DNA of 64,000 bases from contig JBAYJR010000008.1 of assembly GCA_041665005.1 (NCBI GenBank), forward strand, positions 1,423 to 65,422, in the 5' to 3' direction. Shown one piece after another: positions 57,509 through 64,000 of this stretch. This DNA comes from Candidatus Buchananbacteria bacterium. Its GTDB lineage: Bacteria; Patescibacteriota; Patescibacteriia; 2-01-FULL-39-33; JBAYJR01. Within the stretch, counting starts at the first letter, position 1. Every line of letters starts with the position of its first letter. Below the pieces are notes generated by a model, which did not search any database, was not told the DNA's origin, and saw only the letters and a list, made by a program, of their open reading frames with translations. The translations under genes were made by a program, and so were the position numbers.

Positions 57509-60331
57509 TTATAAAACCTTTTTAAGATACTGAGCGGTATAGCTTTTTTTAGACTTAACTACTTGTTCCGGCGTGCCTTCGGCCACTACATAACCACCAC
57601 GTTCGCCGCCTTCCGGGCCCAAATCAATTACCCAATCACAAGATTTAATAACATCCAATTGATGCTCAATAATTAAAATTGAATTGCCTTTATCTACTAA
57701 GCGACTTAAGACCTGTAATAAACGTTTAATATCTTCAAAATGTAAACCCGTAGTGGGCTCATCCAAAATATATAAAGTGCGACCAGTAGCGCGACGTGCT
57801 AATTCCGTTGCTAATTTGACCCGCTGGGCCTCCCCACCCGAAAGCGTGGTGGCCGCTTGACCTAATTGTAGATAACCCAAACCAACTTCGGCTAAAATAT
57901 TTAATTTATCAACAATTTGTGATTGGTCTTTAAAAAAATCTTTGGCTTCGGTCACGGACATTTCTAAAACATCGGCAATATTTTTACCTTGATAATGAAT
58001 TTCTAAAGCTTGCTGATTGTACCTACGACCGTGGCATTCTTCGCAGGCGACATAAACGTCTGGCAAAAATTGCATCCCAATTCGGACCTGGCCTTCACCG
58101 GCACAAGCCTCGCAACGACCACCACCTTTAACATTAAAACTAAAATGACCTTGCGAAAAACCTCGCACTTTAGCCTCGGGCAAAGTGGTAAACAAATCAC
58201 GGATATGCGTAAAGACGCCGGTATAAGTGGCCGGATTAGACCTGGGCGTACGGCCAATCGGCGATTGATCAATAATAATTACTTTGTCTAAATTTTCTAA
58301 ACCTTTAATTTCTTGATGTTGCCCCGGCAAATCTTTAGCCCGATAAAATTTTTGCGCTAAAGCTTTGGCTAAAATTTCAATAATTAAGGTGGACTTACCA
58401 GAACCCGAAACACCGGTTACCCCCACCAACATCCCTAAAGGAATCTTAACATCAACATTTTTTAAATTAAATTCTTTGGCTCCTTTGATAAAAATTGCTT
58501 TGCCATTACCCTTATGGCGCTTAGCTGGCGAATCAATTTTTTTCGCGCCGGACAAATATTGGCCGGTTGAAGATTTTTTATTCTTTTTTACCTGGGCCGG
58601 CGTACCTTGGGCAATAATTTCTCCCCCAAACCGTCCGGCGCCGGGGCCAATATCAATTAGATAATCAGCCGCTTCCATCATGGCCTCGTCATGTTCAACC
58701 ACAATTACCGAATTACCTAAGTCTTTTAATTTTTTTAAAGTATCAATTAATTTATCATTGTCTCGTGAATGTAGACCAATTGACGGTTCATCTAAAATAT
58801 AAACCACTCCTTCTAAGCCCGAACCAATTTGGGTGGCCAGCCTGACTCGTTGTGCTTCCCCGCCCGATAAAGTGCCAGCCGTCCGATCTAAGGTTAAATA
58901 ATACAAGCCTACCCGATCCAAATAATTTAAACGTTTGATAATTTCTTTAAGTAGTTGTCGGGTAATTTTTTCGGTCGCGCCACCCGCCTTTTCCATTTGC
59001 TTAGTTAATTTGGTAAAAAATTCCAAACTCGCTTGTACAGATTGCGCTGTGAGCACCGCAATATTTAAATTTTCAACCGTTACCGCCAAGGCTAGTTTGC
59101 TTAAACGTTTGCCACCGCAACTTGGACAAGTAAAGGTGCGCATGCAAGCCTCAATTTCTTTTTGTAAATATTCGGATTTAGTTTCGGCATATTTGGTGGT
59201 GAGATTTTTAATTACGCCTTCAAAAATTAAATTTTCTCCATCTATTAAATACTTTTTATCACCTGTTCCTTGTAAAATAATCTCTAAAGACTTTTTGCCT
59301 AATTCTGTCACCGGCACTTCTAAAGAAAAATTATTTTCTTTGGCGACGGCGATTAATAATTTCCATAAGCTGGTTTGCGAAGAAAAATTTCGTGCCCAGG
59401 GCTTAATCGCACCTTCGGCTAAAGTTAAACGTTTGTTAGGGATAACTAAATCTGAATCTACTTCTAATTTAGTGCCCAAACCACTACAAACTGCACAAGC
59501 CCCCGAGGGTGAATTAAAAGAAAAAGTCCGTGGCTCAATTTCTGGTAAATCTAAATGACAGTTATCGCAATGTAAATATTGATTAAAATTATATTCCTGA
59601 TTTGGTTCAACCAATACCTTAACAAAGCCTTTGGTAAAATCCAAAGCCACATTAATTAAATTTTTTAACATTGGATCTTGCCCGGAATTTTTAGTCAAAA
59701 CATAACTTCCCAACACTACTTCCAAATTATGACTTTTTTGTTTATCAATTACATTTTCCGCAAGCTCCTCCGCTTGATAAAAAATGCCATCCAAACGTAA
59801 TTGTTGATAGCCCACCTTGGCTAGTTGTTTTATTTCGGTCAAATGTTCCCCTTTCTGATTGCGCACAATGGGCGCTAAAATTTTTAGACTACTACCTAAA
59901 GGCAGGTCGGCAATCCGCATTAAAATTTGCTCCGCGGTTTGTCGTTCTAATTTTTGGTTACACTCTGGACAATGCGCCGTGCCGATCTTGGCATAAAGCA
60001 GTCGCAAATAATCATAAATTTCGGTAATCGTGCCAACTGTTGAGCGTGGATTATGAGAAACTGAGCGTTGATCAATAGCAATGGTTGGCGACAAACCTTC
60101 AATCTGATCAACGTCTGGCTTATCTAATAAATCTAAAAACTGTCTGGCATAAGCTGACAGACTTTCGGCATAACGCCGCTGACCTTCGGCATAAATAGTA
60201 TCAAACGCTAAAGACGATTTACCGGAACCAGAAATCCCGGTAATTACCACCAGTTTATTTTTAGGAATTTCCAAACTAATATTTTTTAAATTGTGTACTC
60301 TGGCACCGTGTATTTTTATACTATCTGGCAT
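57509..60331 (-). CDS. uvrA: Excinuclease ABC subunit A
   Basis: 940 aa. Two ABC ATPase modules ([11 protein letters not shown] and [11 protein letters not shown]) and zinc-finger Cys clusters. The whole protein is collinear with UvrA. Confidence 0.95.
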   Translation of the reverse strand: MPDSIKIHGARVHNLKNISLEIPKNKLVVITGISGSGKSSLAFDTIYAEGQRRYAESLSAYARQFLDLLDKPDVDQIEGLSPTIAIDQRSVSHNPRSTVGTITEIYDYLRLLYAKIGTAHCPECNQKLERQTAEQILMRIADLPLGSSLKILAPIVRNQKGEHLTEIKQLAKVGYQQLRLDGIFYQAEELAENVIDKQKSHNLEVVLGSYVLTKNSGQDPMLKNLINVALDFTKGFVKVLVEPNQEYNFNQYLHCDNCHLDLPEIEPRTFSFNSPSGACAVCSGLGTKLEVDSDLVIPNKRLTLAEGAIKPWARNFSSQTSLWKLLIAVAKENNFSLEVPVTELGKKSLEIILQGTGDKKYLIDGENLIFEGVIKNLTTKYAETKSEYLQKEIEACMRTFTCPSCGGKRLSKLALAVTVENLNIAVLTAQSVQASLEFFTKLTKQMEKAGGATEKITRQLLKEIIKRLNYLDRVGLYYLTLDRTAGTLSGGEAQRVRLATQIGSGLEGVVYILDEPSIGLHSRDNDKLIDTLKKLKDLGNSVIVVEHDEAMMEAADYLIDIGPGAGRFGGEIIAQGTPAQVKKNKKSSTGQYLSGAKKIDSPAKRHKGNGKAIFIKGAKEFNLKNVDVKIPLGMLVGVTGVSGSGKSTLIIEILAKALAQKFYRAKDLPGQHQEIKGLENLDKVIIIDQSPIGRTPRSNPATYTGVFTHIRDLFTTLPEAKVRGFSQGHFSFNVKGGGRCEACAGEGQVRIGMQFLPDVYVACEECHGRRYNQQALEIHYQGKNIADVLEMSVTEAKDFFKDQSQIVDKLNILAEVGLGYLQLGQAATTLSGGEAQRVKLATELARRATGRTLYILDEPTTGLHFEDIKRLLQVLSRLVDKGNSILIIEHQLDVIKSCDWVIDLGPEGGERGGYVVAEGTPEQVVKSKKSYTAQYLKKVL

Positions 60332-60406
60332 AAATTAAAAATTGAATTCAAATTTTTTTTATTAAACCTTCAAGTTATCCACAGGGGTTAAACAATAATC
60401 TTTTCC

Positions 60407-60435
60407 AGTATACTACAACTTTGCTTAGGGGTCAA
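60407..60435 (-). promoter_or_regulatory. uvrA promoter: TTGACC, 17-nt spacer, TATACT
   Basis: On the minus strand the -35 is at plus coordinates 60430-60435 and the -10 at 60407-60412. A DnaA-box-like 9-mer ttatccaca (60378-60386) lies in the 5' UTR. Confidence 0.5.
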
Positions 60436-60455
60436 GCGCGAAGCGTGCTCTCCTA

Positions 60456-60493
60456 AAAACAAAAAGGGGTGGTTTTTTTATTAAAATCACCCC
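60456..60493 (-). terminator. Terminator of the HD-domain gene
   Basis: ggggtg / cacccc stem with a 16-nt loop, followed by TTTTTGTTTTT on the minus strand. Confidence 0.45.
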
Positions 60494-60496
60494 AAT

Positions 60497-61165
60497 TCAC
60501 GAAATAATGCCGGCGGGTGTTTTGGCAAATTCCCGCCATAAAATTTCGGCCTTATACGGATAGACCCATCCAACCCCGCTGATCAACGGCTGATAAAATT
60601 TTTGCGATTCCAAAATTTTACGCTGACGCTTGGGTTCTGGCAAAAAACACACGGTCCGCATGTTATCCAAATTATCTACCAATTTAGTAAGATGGACATA
60701 CAAACCGCCTTGAATAATTTGTTGATGATAGGCTTCCTGTCGCTTAAAGTCGCAGGGTTGACCAAATTCATCAATAAACCTTGGGTCCCCTGGTCGCGGC
60801 TTAGAAACCACCATCACAATAGTCGAAACTCTTAACCCCAAATTATCCGTAATTTCCTGATAACTGGAGGACTGACCGGTTTTCTCGCTTACCCTTTTTT
60901 CGTCCTCAGTCTCAATTACATCATGCAATAGATAGGCCTGCAATAAAAAAGCTTTTCTAAGATTCAATTCATAATGCAAGGTCTTGAGGCCACGTAATAA
61001 GTGACAGCAATAATCTTCACCAGACAACCGATACTGGCCTTCATGAGCTGCTAAGGCTTTCTGCCAAGCCCACTCTAAACCGATAATCTCTGACCGACGA
61101 TAACAACCACTGACCCGGCTAACTAACAACTGAAATTCTGACAACACCAACGGGTTGATTGCCAT
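60497..61165 (-). CDS. Small alarmone hydrolase: RelA/SpoT-type HD-domain (p)ppGpp hydrolase
   Basis: 222 aa. AAHEGQYRLSGEDY...LLHDVIETED matches the HD motifs of the SpoT hydrolase domain. Confidence 0.65.
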   Translation of the reverse strand: MAINPLVLSEFQLLVSRVSGCYRRSEIIGLEWAWQKALAAHEGQYRLSGEDYCCHLLRGLKTLHYELNLRKAFLLQAYLLHDVIETEDEKRVSEKTGQSSSYQEITDNLGLRVSTIVMVVSKPRPGDPRFIDEFGQPCDFKRQEAYHQQIIQGGLYVHLTKLVDNLDNMRTVCFLPEPKRQRKILESQKFYQPLISGVGWVYPYKAEILWREFAKTPAGIIS

Positions 61166-61279
61166 GTTTTATCCCTCCTTTTGGTTAAATTCCTAACATC
61201 ATAACAGCAAAAATTTTTGCTGTCAATTAACCAAAAAACACTGCCGATTTGCTGGCCAGTGTTTTAATTATTAACTATT

Positions 61280-61903
61280 TTATTTTCTTTTTACCGCTTT
61301 TTTAATCAGTTTAATAAGCTCGGGAAATTTGGCTATTTTAAAATGTCCGTTTTTGCTTTCGTAAAAAATAAACTTAGCCTGGCTTAGCTTATTTTGATAT
61401 TTTTTAGCCTGTACCATTGGCACTACCGGATCATCTTTAGAAAATAACAAATAAAGATTTTTAGAACTTTTTTCCAACCTTGATAAATCTGCTGATAATT
61501 TAAACCCCCCCACCAAATCGTCACTTGGCAAGGTGTTATCAAATGGCGGACAAATTAAATAGGTGGCTAAAATTTTTTTGGGAAATTTATTTTCAGACAA
61601 ATACTTAGCCAAAAAAATTCCCCCCAACGACCCCCCAATTAAAACTAAGTTATTTCGCAACAAAGGAAAATATCGTTCAAAATAAATTTTCCACTCAACA
61701 TACTTTGCATCATCAGCTTTGGGCATTCGGGGCTGAATGACTTCAAAATTTTGACCCAGTTTTTTCTTTAAATAATCATCGGACCAACGCACTTTTTCCT
61801 CAATAGATATCTTTCGGTTTTTTAAAAAACTTAAATAATCACGTTTATTTTTAAAGGTGGTACCGCCAGAGATATAAACTACCTGGGTTTTGGTTTTTGG
61901 CAT
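61280..61903 (-). CDS. Alpha/beta-hydrolase-fold serine hydrolase (GxSxG), possibly RBBP9/YdeN-like
   Basis: 207 aa. GGSLGG nucleophile elbow and a C-terminal ...SKDDPVVP...GHF block. Confidence 0.55.
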   Translation of the reverse strand: MPKTKTQVVYISGGTTFKNKRDYLSFLKNRKISIEEKVRWSDDYLKKKLGQNFEVIQPRMPKADDAKYVEWKIYFERYFPLLRNNLVLIGGSLGGIFLAKYLSENKFPKKILATYLICPPFDNTLPSDDLVGGFKLSADLSRLEKSSKNLYLLFSKDDPVVPMVQAKKYQNKLSQAKFIFYESKNGHFKIAKFPELIKLIKKAVKRK

Positions 61904-61943
61904 ACTTCACTACATTACTTAATTACTTTTTGCTGAATTTTTA

Positions 61944-62831
61944 TTATACTAAATTATACTTCTTAATATTCTCGTCAGCAATTTGCTGTAATTTAGCAAT
62001 CACCTGCTGCCCCGCTTCATCTTTAAAAAGATGAGCAAAGCGTTTTTGCGGTTTCAAATATTCCGTCACTGGCACCGGTTTAATTTTTTGGACTTTAGTA
62101 AACTGACCGTTAATAATTTCTAGCAACGGATATAAACCGGATTGCACGGCTAATTTAGACAATTCTACCGTCAAAGCTGGATCATAGCCCCAACCTGGCA
62201 CGCAAGGCGTTAAAATTTGTAAATACTTAGGGCCAACTATTTCTAAAGATTTTTTAGCTTTCGCTTGAATATCTAACGGGTAAGCTGAGGTGGCTGTGGC
62301 AATATACGGCACGCGATGAGCCAAGGCCAAACCAATCATATCTTTTTTAATTAAATTATTACCTTCTGAATTTTTACCGGGTGGCGTAGTAGTAGTAAAC
62401 GCGCCCAACGGTGTGGCTCCTGAACTTTGATAACCAGTGTTCATATAGGCCTCATTGTCATAACAAACATACAAAATATTTTCTTGCCGTTCCCATAAAG
62501 CCGAAATAAAACCCAGACCAATATCATAAGTGGCACCATCTCCACCAACAGCTACCACTTGAACCTTTGTTAAACCTTTTTGCTTAAGCGCCGCCAAAAC
62601 ACCCGAAGCCACTGGCGCCGCATTTTCAAATAAAGAATGTAGCCAAGGAATTTTGTAAGCCGACAAGGGATATTGCGTGGTAGTTACCTCCGAACAACCG
62701 GTGGCGTTAGTCATGATCGTATTAGGACCTAACGCAGTTAGTAAGTGTCTAATCGCGATGGCTTCACCGCAACCCGCGCAAGCCGAATGACCAGGATTAT
62801 ATAAATGAGGAAAAGTTGATTGGTATTTCAT
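61944..62831 (-). CDS. porB: 2-oxoacid:ferredoxin oxidoreductase beta subunit (TPP-binding)
   Basis: 295 aa. TPP-binding GDG motif (VGGDGATYDIGL) and Cys ligands near the N-terminus. Confidence 0.85.
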   Translation of the reverse strand: MKYQSTFPHLYNPGHSACAGCGEAIAIRHLLTALGPNTIMTNATGCSEVTTTQYPLSAYKIPWLHSLFENAAPVASGVLAALKQKGLTKVQVVAVGGDGATYDIGLGFISALWERQENILYVCYDNEAYMNTGYQSSGATPLGAFTTTTPPGKNSEGNNLIKKDMIGLALAHRVPYIATATSAYPLDIQAKAKKSLEIVGPKYLQILTPCVPGWGYDPALTVELSKLAVQSGLYPLLEIINGQFTKVQKIKPVPVTEYLKPQKRFAHLFKDEAGQQVIAKLQQIADENIKKYNLV

Positions 62832-62890
62832 AGATAAAATTAAAATTCAAAAATCAAAATGTAAAATAAAAATTTAAAATTATACTACCT

Positions 62891-64000
62891 TTATCCAACA
62901 AAAGTTACGGCCGTGGTTGTGGCCTTTGGTGCCAATTTAATAATTTTTTTAATGGTTTCTTTAGTCACATCACGACCACCTAAACCGACGACAAAACTAC
63001 TAATCGGCGCTTTAAGTTTTTGCCCGGCATGAGCCTTAAGGTCAGTGGCTAAAATTCCTTGACCACCCAAAGAAATATCTTTTTCCACAACGGCAATAAT
63101 TTTAGCCTTAGCTAAAGCTTTAATAATTAATTCTGTAGGAAAGGGGCGATAAGTGATAATTTTTAAAATTCCCACTTTAACTCCTTTGGCCCGTAATTCA
63201 TCCACCACCTCACGCATCGTGCCGATTACTGAACCAAAAGACACTAACACAATTTGCGCATCGGCTAATTTATAACCATCAATCAAAGTATTACCCGCGC
63301 GACCAAAAACTTTTTTAAACTCCCGGCCAACTTGTAAGGTATTTTTTTGTGACTTAATTAAATCCTCATGCAATTCCTGTCGAATCTCAAAATAATCAGC
63401 CGGGCCAACTAGCGGCCCAAAAGTCTGCGGTTTTTGGGGATTCAAAAACTCAACCGGTCGGTAGGCGGGCAAAAATCTTTTAATTTTAGCGGCCTCGGGA
63501 ATATCCACTTCTTCCGTCAAATGAGTCAGCACAAAACCATCTAAATTAACTATCACCGGCAATTGGGTGCTTTCCGCTACTTTAAAAGCTTGCACGTGCA
63601 AATCACAAGCCTCCTGATTATTTTCCGCATACCAAAATTGCCAACCGGCGTCGCGAACTGTTAAAGAATCCTGTTGATCATTCCAAATGTTAATCGGCGC
63701 CGAAACCGAACGATTAGCACAAGTCATTACCACCGGCAACCGCATCCCAGCAATATTAAACAAAACTTCGGTCATCAATAACAAGCCCTGTGAAGAAGTG
63801 GCGGTGTAAGTGCGCACTCCGGTAGCCGCTGCCCCTAAAACAATTGAGGCCGCCGAAAATTCTGACTCGGCTCTAATATATTCCGCCGTTAACTTTCCGG
63901 CGGATTTTAATTTGGCTAATTCCTCCACCACGTGAGTTTGCGGGGTAATCGGATAAGCCGAAATTACCTGGGGCTGACAATTCGCCACCGTTTGCGCCAC
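62891..64000 (-). CDS. porA: 2-oxoacid:ferredoxin oxidoreductase alpha subunit, N-terminus truncated by the window end
   Basis: 369 aa visible. Collinear with the PFOR/KOR alpha subunit. The frame runs off the 3' edge of the window. Confidence 0.85.
   Translation of the reverse strand: MAQTVANCQPQVISAYPITPQTHVVEELAKLKSAGKLTAEYIRAESEFSAASIVLGAAATGVRTYTATSSQGLLLMTEVLFNIAGMRLPVVMTCANRSVSAPINIWNDQQDSLTVRDAGWQFWYAENNQEACDLHVQAFKVAESTQLPVIVNLDGFVLTHLTEEVDIPEAAKIKRFLPAYRPVEFLNPQKPQTFGPLVGPADYFEIRQELHEDLIKSQKNTLQVGREFKKVFGRAGNTLIDGYKLADAQIVLVSFGSVIGTMREVVDELRAKGVKVGILKIITYRPFPTELIIKALAKAKIIAVVEKDISLGGQGILATDLKAHAGQKLKAPISSFVVGLGGRDVTKETIKKIIKLAPKATTTAVTFVG

Overview
This is an AT-rich (about 40% GC), densely packed bacterial chromosomal segment. 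Its style resembles a CPR/Patescibacteria-type genome: many small or hypothetical membrane and secreted proteins, and one giant Cys-rich surface protein. The housekeeping genes are gatC-gatA, ligA, a ClpB/ClpC-family AAA+ chaperone, radA, recG, rsmA, tsaC, leuS, uvrA, a small (p)ppGpp-hydrolase HD protein and 2-oxoacid:ferredoxin oxidoreductase alpha/beta subunits. Three accessory, probably host- or cell-surface-interaction modules sit between them. (i) A type IV pilus operon on the minus strand: pilM, a PilN/O-like gene, a short pilB, a CheY-like receiver, a major pilin, a Wzy_C/TPR putative pilin glycosylase and pilD. (ii) A plus-strand module: a Gly/Ala-rich membrane protein, a PD40 propeller protein, a DsbA-like oxidoreductase and two paralogous T4SS-pilin-like proteins with different Cys-rich C-terminal domains, one of them a VirB1/SLT-like lysozyme domain. 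(iii) A roughly 18-kb minus-strand operon: ComFC, a VirB3/PrgI-like protein, a VirB4 split into two ORFs, a 1097-aa VirB6/TrbL-like protein, a 2862-aa secreted protein with CBM4_9-like and PKD-like modules, and a TSP3-type Ca-binding protein. No VirD4 or relaxase lies in the window. Two further items stand out. A cluster of three Ser-type tRNAs is interleaved with two small GIY-YIG cassettes flanked by duplicated tRNA 5' fragments and a conserved GC-rich hairpin. LeuS carries an in-frame RBBP9/YdeN-type serine-hydrolase domain inserted into its zinc-knuckle region. No rRNA genes or CRISPR arrays were seen.
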